DNA of 64,000 bases. It comes from Paraspadella gotoi. Taxonomy: Eukaryota > Animalia > Chaetognatha. This document shows, one piece after another, positions 1-17,876 of this stretch (its first letter is position 1; every line of letters begins with the position of its first letter). The notes under the pieces were generated by a model that ran no database searches, was not told the DNA's origin, and worked only from the letters and a program-made list of their open reading frames with translations. The stretch covers positions 1,425,576 to 1,489,575 of the forward strand of contig JBJCIZ010000028.1 of assembly GCA_051294375.1 (NCBI GenBank), in the 5' to 3' direction. The position numbers and the translations under genes were made by a program.

Positions 1-130
1 CATATAGTAGTATTATTTTAGATTTATTTTATTAGTTGATGAGGAGTAATACTACTGAGTACTATTTTTGGGGGCACTTTGATATGATAATAACATTATA
101 ACTAATATCTTAATCATTAATTCCGACCAG

Positions 131-3100
131 GGAATTCCGCTAGGGAGGCTTTAATAAAGGAGGCGAAGAAGCTTGAAGCGGACGTGGAGTCGTTGAAGGA
201 AGACGTCGGAGAATTCGAGGGGAAAATCCGGGATTGGGAGAAATCCTTTGAAGAGAAGGTTGGCAGAGGAAAACGAAAAGAGTGGCTTAACGCTAAAATC
301 ATTTTTAAATTATAAGGGGATGTAGAAAAGTTGTTGAAAGTGAGAATCGACGTTGACTTAAATAATTAAACGGAGAATAATTTTGTACGTAAGTTGAAAG
401 TAAATTAAAAATTATCCAATAAGTGTCCAATGTTTAATTTCATTTCGTCATGATGGCTCTGAGAACGATGAGTGAATGAATAATGTCAAAAGCAACGATT
501 ATTTAAAGCATGACTCCGTGGAAAGCATGACTCCGTGGAAAGCATGACTCCGTGGAAAATGGTGCCACGGGCAAAGGAGTCAAAGTCGGAAAGCGCTTTC
601 GTAAATAAATATAAAAATTGTACAATAAACAAAATGTTTTTTTTTCTCAGGAGCACCGCGCCCCCTCTGCTTCCGATCAGCCAGACAGCGTCGCTGATGC
701 CGCGACGATGCTGCAGGAGACGCGCGGCGTCGTCGCGTCGACGGAAGCCAAGATTCGCTTTTTCATTTCTTTGAGTCGAGGAGAAATTCCGGAGGCGAAG
801 TCGGAAGCGATGCCATCGGCGGAACAGGTTGGGCAGTTGGCGAAAGATTGGGAGGGATTGTTGAAATAGTTCATTCTTACTTTATGGTTTCCTTTTTGGG
901 TTCGTATCTTCCTCTTTTTCTTTCCCCTTCTTCCTTTCATTTTGCTTATATATATCTTTAATTTATTTCCACAATTTCTTTATGATTTTCTTTCCTCTTT
1001 TTCTTTCATCTTTCCTCCTCCCTTTTCTTATTTCTTATTTTTCCTCCTATCCTCCATTTTTTCCTCATATCCTCCCTTCATTCTTTAATCTTCTTTTCAA
1101 ATTCTCTGTGCTCCTTTTCCAGTTGGTCGTCCGCACGGTGGAGATCGAAGTGGCCGACCCCAAGTTGGTCGAAGAGTTGGATCAACTCAAGGAGAAGTTG
1201 AGGACGACGGAATCCTTTTTGAACGATTTGGAAATTCAGAATGCGAGTCTGCGGAAGGCGGCGGCTGCGGCTGCGGCTGCGGCGGAAAAGGGAGAACAGG
1301 TCGGTTTTTGCGTCTTTTTTTACTGCGTTTTTCATAAGAATGTTTTTATATTTTAGATAGAAGTTGAAGCACGAAACATTCATTTAAACAATCATTAATA
1401 AAGCTCAGTATTTTTTTATCAAAAATGACAAGTGACAAAAATGACAGTGAATGACAAACAGGAAGATAATATTACAATAAACACACAACGAAAGAAAGGA
1501 TTATACACGACAATTATAACGTATTTGAGATTTGGTTGTGTTTATGTCATAATGATTACTTTAATTTCGTGCGGACAAATTTTGAAGAAGAATTATTTCC
1601 CTTTTTAATTTCATATCTTGTTTTCTACTTATCACTTATCCTTTATGATAATTTGCTCATGGATGATCTCAACTACAATATGCTAATAAGATTGAACGAT
1701 TTTTAAAGCGGCTTGCTTCTTTCTCCTTGCAGAAGCAGTCGTCTTCGGACGAAGAAGAAGACAGAAAAGACGACGACGAATCCGCGGAACTTAAACTCAA
1801 AATGGAAGAGGCGAAGATGGAACTGAGATCAGCAGAGGCGCAACTCAAACAGCTTCAGGTTTACCTTGTTGAAGGACGTTGACAGGGAGGGCTTGTTGCT
1901 TTCTTGGTAGTCCCCTAATTGTCTTCTGAAGACGCAAGTTTTAAAAACATTGAAATGCACGAAAATCATTCAAAAATAAGTACACTTTTCAAGTAGTCTT
2001 TTTTCCAGAAGATTTGTCATTCTTTTCATCTCTGAACAACTGACAAGTCGATGCTCAAACAACATTGTACCTAATCAACTTTCTCTTTTTCATCCACTCA
2101 GTCTCGTCTGGAGAGCGAGAGAGAGAAACACGAGTCTCTCTCGACTCAACAGAAGAAAGAAATCGAGAGGCTGACGGATTCAGTGACGAAATTGGAAGAG
2201 GAAAAGACGAAGAGGGCGCCGATCGATGCTCAAGCGGAGATGAAGAAGATGAGGAAGGAGAATCAGAAGTTGATGGAGGAAGTGAAGAGGAAAAACGAGC
2301 AGGTGATTAAAGGGAGAGAGAGAGAGAGAGGGGGGGGGAGTTGTAAAGGGAGAGGGATGACCTATGATTTTCTCCACTTTCCTAAGATGATTTCCATCAA
2401 GTCTACAGTCGCGACCCACGAGGCACAGATTGACCGACTCTCCAAACACGTCGAAGCCCAAAAGGCCCTCAACGTCGAACTCAAGAATCAGATTAAACTC
2501 AAGAGCACCAAAGGCCCCGCTGCCCCTGAATTGGGCCCCAAACGCCGCGAGACGGTTACCGAGGTTGATCTGACCAAACAGGTCAGTCTCCTTCAAGCCC
2601 GCGTCAAAGAGTTGGAGTCGAAACCTCAGGAAAAGGCAACCGCGTCCAAGGCTGACCCTAAGGCTGATGCTCGGGAGGCTAAACTTAAAGCCCAGGCGGA
2701 AGAGATGAAAAAGGCTCTGGCTGAAAAGGAAAATAAAATCAAAGAGCTGCAAAAGGATTTAAAGGCGGCTGCAACAAACAGCGGCGCTGCAGCAGCTGCT
2801 GACAAAGCTGAGCTGAAAAAGAAAGAAAAACTCTTCAAGGATCTGGAGAAAAAAACTGAACTCACGGAGAAAAAACTCGGCAAATCTGAAGAAATCTCCG
2901 CCAAACTAGAATCCGATCTCGAGTCGACCCGAAAGGAGCTCGAGTCGCTCGCCAAGGATCACTCGCGATGCGGGGCCGAGATCGAGCAACTTCAGGCCCT
3001 GGCCGAAAAGGGCAACGAGTTTGGCCTCAAAGTCCAGAAGCTCGAGTCGGAAATAAAAGAGCTGAAGGTGGAGAACGTCTCGCTCACCGACAACTACAAC

Positions 3101-4686
3101 AGCGAGCGAGTCCTGAGGAAGAAATACTTCAACGCCATCGAAGACATGAAGGGAAAGATCAGAGTTTTTTGTCGATCTCGTCCTCTGAGCAAATCGGAAT
3201 TGGAAAGAGGAAACGTCGCCGTCATTAATTCGCCCGACGAATTCACAATCAACGTGCAGACGTCTCGTGGACCCAAGGAGTTCGCCTTCGATAGGGTCTT
3301 CATGCCGTCTCAGGTTAAAGAGACTAAACATATTTTAAAATTTTTATGATTTTTCAAATTAAATCGTTAAATGATAATTTGCTTAGAATGATTATAAAAT
3401 TAGCAGACTCGACAATAAAATAAACGTGACTAGAAGTATTAAAAAAACACTTAATGTTTTGCCTTAATTTACTAACCGCCTATCTTTGCGTTATGTCACT
3501 TATGATGAGATACAATTTATATTAATATTAATGAAAGTCTAAATAAGAAAAAACTTATGTGAGTTTTTTAACTTTTATCCAGATTTATTTTAAGCAGTTA
3601 ATCAAACGCCATTAGTGTTAATAACTTATCTTCCCCCGTCTCCACCCTTTCCTTCCATCACCCCATCACCCCATCAGGGTCAAGAGTCCGTCTTCGAAGA
3701 CTCTAACAACCTCATCCAATCCGCCGTCGACGGCTTCAACGTCTGCATCTTCGCCTACGGTCAAACCGGCTCCGGCAAAACCTACACTATGATCGGCGAT
3801 CGAGAGCTCAAGTCTCCGGGCATCGCCCCTCGAGCCTTTCGTCGCGTCTTCGAAGTCATCGAGGAAAATCGGAAGAAGTTCGAGTTCCGCGTCTCCGCTT
3901 ACATGATGGAGCTGTACAACGACCGATTGCTGGACCTGCTCATCAACAGCGAGACGGGCAAGCAGGGAGAGGGCAAGCACGACGTCAAGCTTGACAAGAA
4001 AGGGATGGTCTACGTGACCAACACGGAGATTCGCCAAGCGGCCAACGAAGGGGATCTCATGAAGATATTTGATGAAGGGTGCGTATCTGAAGGATTTTCT
4101 TTAATCTCATTTGCATATTGTAGTTATTTTAATCCGTCGTAATTGATCCACTTGTACCTATGTAGCAGACTCAATTTTGGTTCATTTGATATCATATTAA
4201 TTTCCTAATTCTCATTTGTATATTGTAGCAGTCGAGATTATTTCTCATACTCTTTGCTTCGCTCTTTCATTTTATTAATCCCTTTATAAAGTTTTACACA
4301 ATATTAAATATTTCAGATCCCGAAATCGTCACGTGGCGTCGACGAAGATGAACGCGGAAAGTTCTCGATCTCATCTCATCATCGGAATCATCATCGAATC
4401 CACGAATCGAACCAACGGAAATGTTTTGAGGGGAAAATTGTCGCTCGTCGATCTCGCCGGGTCGGAGAGAGTGGCCAAGACTGGGGCCTCGGCCGAGCAG
4501 TTGAAGGAGGCCAATTCCATTAATAGGTTGGTCAATGGTCATAGTGGTCCTCGTTGTTGTGGGTTTGGAGTTGAGGTTATCTGGAGAGAGGAAAAGCTAG
4601 AAAACTATGAATGCAGTCATAGTTTCAACTCAGAACCTCTACCTCATAAAGGAGTTTCTCATTCCCCTGCCCCTCTCAATGCAAAC

Positions 4687-4721
<35 letters not shown>

Positions 4722-5200
4722 AAGAATATTCGAAAAAAAGATATTTATTGATGTCAGAAAATTAAAGAAAAGAGATCTACCGAATGACAGCAGCTAAGAA
4801 ACTTGAATGTTTTTTTTTCCGCCGAAAATGATCGATTTTCTGACGATTATCTCAACTTTTTTTCCTTTCCCCCCCCTTTCTCCTCTCTAGATCCCTCTCC
4901 GCCCTGGGCGACGTGATCAGCGCCCTTAGCACGGAGCAAAGCTTCATCCCTTACCGCAACAACAAACTCACCCAACTCATGCAAGACTCTTTGGGCGGCA
5001 ACGCGAAGACCCTCATGTTCGTCAACATCTCTCCCGCCGACTATAACGCGGACGAAACAGTCATCTCTCTCACTTACGCCGCCAGAGTCAAACTCATCAC
5101 CAACGACGCCTCGAAGAACGCTGACAATAAGGAGATCGCGAGGCTGAAGGGAATTATTGCCAAGATGAAGATGGGAGAGAAAGTTGAAGAGGAGTTGTGA
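131..5200 (+). CDS. Kinesin-14 family C-terminal motor, KCBP/kinesin-C-like (5'-partial, 9 exons in window)
   Basis: In-frame GT-AG exons 131-258, 651-827, 1123-1299, 1733-1858, 2102-2302, 2387-3313, 3678-4078, 4317-4526, 4891-5200. Long coiled coil, then kinesin-14 neck ([20 protein letters not shown]), P-loop GQTGSGKT, switch I NAESSRSH, switch II DLAGSE, and [22 protein letters not shown]. Ends in a basic amphipathic helix plus acidic tail ([23 protein letters not shown]) like the KCBP calmodulin-binding region. Confidence 0.9.
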
Positions 5201-6463
5201 GGGGGAAGAGGAGGATGAGGAATGAGGAGTTGTCGCTAAAAATGATGATTGAAACGATAAACATCGACTATCGTCGTCTGATTGGCGTTAACAAGTCACC
5301 AAATGAAAATGAAAGGAATACAAATGGACGAATCGAGTTGACAACAAAAATGAATTTATGGAGAAATTTGAGGAAAGAATCGTTTTTCGTCGTAAAGACG
5401 AAAAATGGGAATGAATTTTGACGAAAAATATCCATTCCAAGTTCGGTGCTTTCTCGAAAAACGAGCAAACGGCTTTGTATTTTTAGATACGCACGAATTT
5501 TGACAAATTACGGATCGCATTATTATTTAATATTTAATTTACAATCGGGCATGAAATGTGGCTTTTAAAAGTCGTTGCTTGGCCAAAAAGAATTGATTTA
5601 TCATCGCACACGCAAACTTAATTATTAATGACAAATTTTGCGTCATTGAATCTTGTCTTCTACTTTTTTTATGCGCTTGCAGGTCCTGTACTCATCCTGA
5701 ACGTGTAGTTATCTTCAAGAAAGATGTAACAATTATACTATAGAAATATAACTAATGAAATAAAAGTTTGAAAAACTTATCGTTCAGATGAATCAGTCAA
5801 AATGCACATTCCTCCATTTTTTTGTAAAATCCAGAACATTTACATGTTTTAAATCATGTAGAAAAAAAGAAACAAATTTCTCATATTTAATGAATTTTTT
5901 TCGCTTTTTATTATTTTACTCAAATCGAATATTTTAGTGTCATGCGTTTTTACAATGTTTGTTCATGTATTGGAAATCGATTTCTACATTCCCGAAAAAA
6001 AACCCTTTTAAAACACCCGAACCAAAAAAAAAAATCATTTTTTGATAGCATAGCGATTTTTTTTACAATTATCACTTTTATCATCTAGTCAGCTTTTTAA
6101 GAATGATCTCTTGTCTTTTTTTTATTTTTCAATGATTTTTTTGGGGAGAAAATGAATTTGACATATTTTCAGGTTTTGATTTTGTTACTACGAATCAAAT
6201 GTGAAATAAACTGCAACGAACTACAATGAACAATAAACAATGAACAATAAGGACTCTTTTCCTTCCAAAAATTAACCTTGAGTCACGAATTTGGTTTCGT
6301 GATGAATTCCCAAATCGTTTTTGTTCAATCGCTGCCTCATCTTCATTTCTTTTCTTTTTTTTTTCTTTTTTTCAAGATCAGTTATGACTGCGTCTGAGTC
6401 TGATAATAATTACCCCTAGGATTATTTCTTCAAATCGACTTTGATCCGCCAACCCACCCCTAA

Positions 6464-6499
<36 letters not shown>

Positions 6500-6502
<3 letters not shown>

Positions 6503-9025
6503 AACGCTTTGACCCGCCTCTTCGTTTGGCTGTTGACCATGGTCTACTCCTACCTCTCCGCTTTCTACCTTCGCGCCCTCGAGTGGGCGACGGGCCAATC
6601 GGAGCTGGAACGCCTCCTCAAGCCAGAACCGCCCGTCGCGGCTGCGGAGGTTGCGTCGCTGCTGCTGCGGGTGGAGGCAGTGCTGCGGAAGTCCAAGGAT
6701 CCGAAGTGCGAGGAAATTCTGCGCTGCGAGGACGTGGGTGAGTTTAAGGGGGTAAGGAAGAAAGGGGCGTGATAAAGTTTGAATATTTAATTATGGTTTG
6801 ATTAGTGATCCTTAATAGTTAATGATATTGTTGATTACTATTAACCATACTGCTTAAGGCTGTGGCTATTTCCTTGCGACAAAATCGCTGCAATATGCAA
6901 ATGACATTATTGAATTTTCAAATGACGTCACGCCGACTTTAGTTAGGATAATAAATTGATAATAATGCTCAACAAAACGATCATAATAATTCTTTTTATC
7001 GAGCCTTCCGGCAAAGCCGGTTCAGGCTCGATATTGATTCGGGTGAGCTTCTTTGTGACGTCGTCGTCGGCGTCACGCATTTTTATATTTTTATTATTTT
7101 TATTATATTTTTATATTCATTGCGTCAATGAATGACTATCATCGCATCAATGAATGACTATCATCGCATCAATGAATGACTATCATCGCATCAATGAATG
7201 ACTATCATCGTATCAATGAATGATTATCATCACATCAATTTGGTTATTATCACATCAATCATTTGTTATCATCACATCGATCATTTGGTTATCATCAATA
7301 TTTGTTTTTATTAATTCTTTAGGGAGATTTTGCGTATTACGACCAGACGGCCAGACTCTGGCCAGAGCTCTTGTCTTTAAAGGACAAGGTGACTCAGACT
7401 AAGGGTCACTCTCTCTCTCTCTCCCTTGCTCACTCTATTGCTATCTATCTCATTATTTTACTTGTTCAGGCCTTGCTTCAGATTGAAATTAGTTTGTTAT
7501 TGGATAATACTTTCTTTTAAAATAATAATTTTAATGAAGGACAAATTATTTATAAACATACGATATCTCTAAATTTCCTTCTAAGCCCATCTGATCATTG
7601 GCCGGTGCCATTTGTTTCTCGACCAATGAGAATTGTTCCATTCTGGTTCCGGCGGATTTTACCCGAGTCATTGATCCGATTTCGATTCTGGAGTCTTGAT
7701 TCCTCTGCGAGAATCTCATTTGCATATTTTAGTATCTTGTTTTAAACTTCGCTACGAAAAAAAAATTATTTGATCAAACTTTAAAATATATTTTCTAGAA
7801 AGACATAAAACATAAAAAACTCATTATATGTTTATAAAGTTTTTAGCGTTTATATAATTTACTTTTATTGAGTTTACTTCTTAAAAATATTTTTTTTACG
7901 AAACCCAAATTTCGTCCCGTAGTAGAAGCATAATGTATATAAAGAAAAAAGATCCTACTTGTAAATGTAGTGTAGTAACTTATAAATGTAGTGTAGTAAC
8001 TTAAAATTGGGAGAATATCCAGTACCTAGCATGCGACTTGTCATGTAGTGTAGCGTCCGTCTTGTGATGTAGCGTCCGTCTTGTGATGTAGCGTATTATT
8101 TATTATTGAAAATTTTTATCTTCCTTTAGTTTTGTTTTAATCTTTTGTAAACATAACTTTTATTTATCAGAGAGCCTTAATAATTAGTAAGATCATCATT
8201 GATTCGCGTTCCAAGATTGCAATGATAAACATTAAAGACGAAAAACATAAAAAAGAAGAAGAAAAAAAAAGAAGTAATTCTCGATATTATAGACGAAATA
8301 AACTTTTAGTGTTATGCTTTTTTTTTTAATCGGTCATTTTTTTTCCTCCGATAGAAATTTGTTTTCCCCTGGCACCCCCTCGACCCTTTCGCTTTTATTC
8401 TCCCCCATCCCTACTCCCCCCCCCCTCCGCGGCATCCAAACGTTTAATTTCTTGAATAAAAGACATCCCACTGTTCTCGTCTCTGCGCCCCCGTTGAGTT
8501 TTTAAACGCCATGGGCAGTTACACTCGGGGACTTGGCGTCGTCCGAGCGTCCCTTATTCGACGTCCCTTACCCGAAGGCCGTTAGCGGACGCTCCCCATA
8601 CGTCGATCCCTTACCAGATGATCCCTTACCAAACGATCCATAAGCAGATGATCCCTTAGCAAACCATCCGTTAGCAGATGATCCCTAAACAGATTCCTCA
8701 TGGGATGTCTCAGGACCATACTTGATAAAAGCGGTATGTAGCCTCTTTGATACAGTGATACTATGTAATACATAGTATAATATAATAGTATATAATAGTA
8801 TAATACATAGTATGTATTTAATTAATAACCCGAAAACAAGAATTCGCCCCTTTTTAGAGGGTACGGCTCACTACTTCTCTTTCTGTCTGTCTTCCTTTAT
8901 GTTTTTGTCTCGTTGTCCGTCTGTTTCTCTGTGTATCTTGTCTATATCTTTTCTCTATTTTCGTCTTTGATGCAGTCTGTTTGTAGAAAGTTTTGCTTTT
9001 CCGCCTCCCTCTAATCGCCTATCTT

Positions 9026-9065
<40 letters not shown>

Positions 9066-9239
9066 CCTTCCTCTCCAACTCCCCATCCTCCCCTTCTCTT
9101 CCTCTTTCCCTCGCCAACCAATAAATTCCAATAAAAAGTCAAAGCTTAAGACGAAATGCGAGAAGGACATCATTAGCGGGAAAGAGCTGGAGTTGTTGTT
9201 GTAGTATGGAGGTGAGTAGGGTTTGAGTTATGCTTCAAG

Positions 9240-9288
<49 letters not shown>

Positions 9289-11144
9289 GGAGGGTTGGGT
9301 GAGAGATGAAAAAGGGAGAGAAAAGTGAATTATGTTGAAAGGCGTCGGTCGTTTTGAGGAGAGGACGTCGCTGCTGAACTCGATAGAGAGGGAGAGAGGG
9401 AGAGAGTGAGAGGGAAGGAGTGAGTGGCAGAGAGTGCGAGAAAAGCTATAAGATCGATTGAAAGAGAGAACGAATAGAATTGAGTAAAAATAGAGCGGGT
9501 CTCTCACTGAGTCCGAGCGAGAAACTTTGCAAAGGGATTCTCTCTCTCTCTCTCTCTCTAGAAAGTTAATTGATGCTTAATCACACTCTAACAAAACAAT
9601 TTTATTTCTATCACGCCACTTTTTTCTTAATACAAAATCCCAAATTATTTCCGAGATTTTTGTGGATTTTTATTTTTTTCCTTCTAAAAACTTTTATTAT
9701 TATTTTATTATTCTCTCTATATTTCTCTCTCAATCAACTCTCTGTCTCTCTCGCTCTCTCCCTCTCTTTCTCTTTCTCTCTTTCTAATTAACTCATCACG
9801 TCAATAAATGACTAGCATCGCATCAATGAATGGCTATCATCTCATCAATGAATGATTATTATCGCATCAATGAATGATTATCATCGCATCAATCCTTAGG
9901 TTATCATCGCATCAATATTTGGTTATCATCGCATCAATATTTGGTTATCATCAAAAGTAGGCTCGATCCCTATTGCTTTTAAGATTTTTAAATAAATGTA
10001 ACAGAACCGGAGCTCAGGAAGTTTCAAACATAGTTCCATTAGTTAAAAAAATATTAAATATAATAATTATAATAGTAATGAATCAAGTTTGAAAACCTTG
10101 TTCAGACCGCGTCCCCGATCTCTCTTCCCGTCTCTCCTCCTCCAAACTCCTCGTCGACCGCCTCCTCCTCCTCCTCCCTCTCCTCGTCTCCCACAATTCC
10201 CTCGTCGCCCGCGTGGAGGCGCTGCGCCGCTCCGCCTACGACGACGCAGCCGACGAGGCGGAGCTGCGGCGCCTCTGGACCGACCTGATGCCGGGTCGGC
10301 CGCTCTCCGCTCGCGTCTCCGCCGAGTGGACGGAGATCGGGTTTCAAGGGGAAGACCCGCGGACGGACTTCCGAGGGATGGGGATGCTGGGCCTCAGGAA
10401 TTTGTCTTTCTTCGCGGGGGACGGTGAGGAAAAGGATGGGGGGGGGTAAATGCTTATGATTAAAACGGAGGAAAGCTGCAATGCTTGGTTGATGATGAAT
10501 AGTAATAGAAGTAATAGAAATACTGTTGTAACTCATTAAAATGAAGAAACGGAGATGATTGGTTTACGCTTAATAGAATAATTAAACATTTATCTAGCAA
10601 AGGGTTTGTGATTTTTAGGCTGGATTACAAAGTTGTCTAATCTTTGCTCTCTAGAATATTAGGAGATCTGTAAAGTTTAAATTAGGAAAGAAAAGGATAT
10701 TCTATGATTTGTACAAAAAGGAATTTCGTATTTAAAACCTTTTGAACCAGACTCGCCCTTAACTTCCTTCCCTCAGCCACTTACCAAGCTGCCGCTCGTC
10801 GAACCCTCTCCCGATCTCATCACCCCAAGCATTGGTATTCCTGGGCCATCGTCGGAATCAACTTGACTAGCCTCTCCCACGAATTCCTCGTCAAGGGTCT
10901 CCTCAAGCGCTCCCTCTACGCCAGGGCGGTTTCGGACGCCGCCGACGCCGCCGCCGCTCGTTGTCGCGACGAGCATTTCCACGCCGCCTTCGCCGCCATC
11001 TTCGTCGCCTTCGATGAACTCTGGCGGCGAAGGAAGATGACCGTCATGGAGTTCAACATCTTGAGGGAAGAGTTTCGGGCGAGGGTGGGGGGGAGGTTGA
11101 GGAGAGGGGCGTTGGTGGACGAGGCCGTGGAGGGGATCGAGTAG
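6500..11144 (+). CDS. ELMOD2: ELMO-domain protein (ELMOD1/2-like Arf/Arl GAP)
   Basis: Exons 6500-6737, 10106-10423, 10777-11144 join in frame. Motifs WTEIGFQGEDPRTDFRGMGMLGL, YSWAIVGINLT and MEFN are diagnostic of ELMOD. Assignment to ELMOD1 versus ELMOD2 is uncertain. Confidence 0.88.
6993..9980 (+). mobile_element. Non-autonomous Helentron-associated (HINE/DINE-1-like) element in ELMOD intron 1
   Basis: T-run then ATCGAGCCT (6998-7006), its inverted copy AGGCTCGAT nearby (7024-7032) and again at the far end (9959-9967) inside a short hairpin ending in TTTT. The same 22-bp tandem repeat occurs near both ends (7126-7300, 9800-9950). This is the subterminal-inverted-repeat plus 3' hairpin layout of HINEs. 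Confidence 0.6.
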
Positions 11145-11826
11145 ATGGGGGGGCGTGGGAAGAGAAGAGTATAGAGAAGGAATATGATGGAAAAAGAAAA
11201 AATGAAAAGAAAGTAAAAAGAAAAGAAAGAGAAGTTGAGAAATAGAAATATAGGTTTTGGTATATTAGGAGAATATAAAAATGAGAGAAGATATAATAGA
11301 GACGTTTACTCGGAGGAAATAAAAAAGAAAACGTGGGAAATGGAGTTACAAGCAAAGTTACAGATGCGACTTTCGAAAGATTCGAAGAAACGACTGAATC
11401 GTCGCCGTTTAGCCGCTGATTCAGCAGTGTCGACTGCTGAATGCTGATTCAGCAGTGTCAAATCTGTAAACTCTGTCGGAATTTTATCTATCAATTCGTG
11501 ATAAAAAATGTTTTCTTTTTTTGATTATAAAACGTCGGTTATCGTCTTATTCCGTTTTTATACAATATACATGATCTGGTTTTTTAATATTTTTTAGAGA
11601 AAATACAAAGTCTTCCTTTTTTTGTCCGGTCGTTTTTCTTCCGTCGGCGGTAAACTTTGATCTTTTGTTTTCCGTCAAATGGAAAGGCGAAGATACGACG
11701 ACGACGACAACGGCGTGGAATTCCGTTGAAGACTCTCGACGCTCTCCTTGGGGAGGGCAGGGAGAGAGAGAGAAAGAGACAAGAGTGAGACAGAGACGTT
11801 TTGAATTGTAACGCAAATAGAAAACA

Positions 11827-15910
<4,084 letters not shown>

Positions 15911-17876
15911 AAGTTCTTTCATCGGCGGAGAGTGAAAAGTTAAAACGAACAAAGAATGTATACAAAATGCTAAATTAAATATTAAAGAAAACGAAGACCT
16001 ACAATCGAACGTCCAATTTCTTTGTTTTGTTTTCTTTTTTTTTCTTTGTTCTTTGTTTTGTTTTGTTTCTTCCCCTTTTGTGTTTTAATGAGTACGACTA
16101 CCCTTCGCACAATCATGTGGCCCCCCGAATGAATTATTTAAATGATAAAATGAGTAATTACTTTTTAAAAGGAGAGAGAGGGGGAGAGAGAGAGAGGGCA
16201 TTTAAAGAAAAACATATATAGCAACAAAACAGAAGCGAATAAAATAAACACTTTTGTTTTTCATATTTTTTGTCTCGACCCGTTTCTTCCCTCTCTCCCC
16301 CCTTTCTTTCCCCCCAACCCCAATCCACCGTCGCTCGTGTTTCGCTTATAATCGTCGCTGCTTCTTGAAAGGCAAACTGAAAAAAAAAAGAAAGAAAAAG
16401 AAAAAAAGAAGTTACTTTTGCAATTACTATTTATAATATTTGATCTCAGTGTCCCTCTGTTCTCCTCCTCACGCCCCCCCCCCTCGTTCGCCGTCGTTAC
16501 AAGGAAATGCAATTTCAAGTTGTTTCGCCGCATTAGCTTTTTCACGTGACCCTCATGAGGAGCTAATTAATTAATTAGTGATTATGTGATCCTATCGCGA
16601 GGTGATTACGTAATCCCTTAACGAAGTGATCACAGGATCTCATCACGAGGTGATCACGTCAACGTATCGCGAGAGGATCACATAATTATAAAGATATAAT
16701 AATATATAAAAAATGTTTTATAGCGCATATCTTATCTGTTAAGTATTGGTGTTGACTTTTTCGTATTAGTATAAACCATATGTGCCAGGAGCCTTTTTAG
16801 ATACGGTATTCATCTGTTAAATCTTAGTCAAAATATTTTGTATTAGAATTATTATTATGTAAATTATTCGAATTTAAAAAGAGAGACCAACCGACCGACC
16901 GCCATCAAAGCGTCTTATAGAGTTGCTTCCAGATTTTTCGCGGCGCAACTTAAAAAAACTAAAAGCTCAAAAGAAGAAAAGAAAAAAAAACCTGAGTTTG
17001 CATTTAAATCAACTGATTTGTCGTCGGGAATTCGTCTTCATCGTTTCGCTTTTTTCGCGGGTTTTTTATTTTTTTATTTCTTATTTCAATCAACTTTGTT
17101 TTTTCGGGGGGAAGAAGCGATGGTCATTTTTTTTTAGTTTAGTTTTAGCGTTTGAGGTAAATAGTAGCAATAATTTTTTTATCCTTATTTGCAATAAAGG
17201 AATTCTTCATATCATCTAGTCCTACTTATGGTTTGGTTTTTTTTCTCCAAGTGTTGGTGCTCTTGTCGTTAAACGAAATTGAATATTATAGTAGTATACG
17301 TAATACGTATTCGCATAAAAAGGATGTTATAGCGATGCTTGTAATATAAAGAAAAAAGAAAGCTTAGTATTGAATTTTGGAGTTAAAATCCCCAATCAAC
17401 CGACAGACCATAAAGTTGTCTCGCTAAACTAGGATAAATTTGCCAAATAATTATTGAATTGAATCCTTAAAAGTTGTTGTTGGTCGATTATTAAAGATGT
17501 TGGTTTCAACGTTGATAAAACCCAGCCTGTCTTAAGAAACGCTTTTTAAAAAGAAAAAGCAAAACGAAAAAATGTATAACCTTAATTTGAATTTTTTTAA
17601 AAATCGTACAAACCGCGTATAAATTTTGTGATCGTGTGCACCGTTACATAACGATATATTGGAAAAAAAAATAAAGGGATGGTATACAGACCCGGAAATT
17701 AATTAAATTAATTAATTATTCTCGGCATCTTTTGAATCATGAAACGCCGTCGCCATTAAATATCGAATTTCTTTTATAAAGATTAGGCTTCGGGGCAAGA
17801 AACTCGTTGCCTCGTTTCGGAGATTGTTATTTAAAGCCGATAGTGAAAAACTATTGCCTCGTTCCGGAAAAAAACG

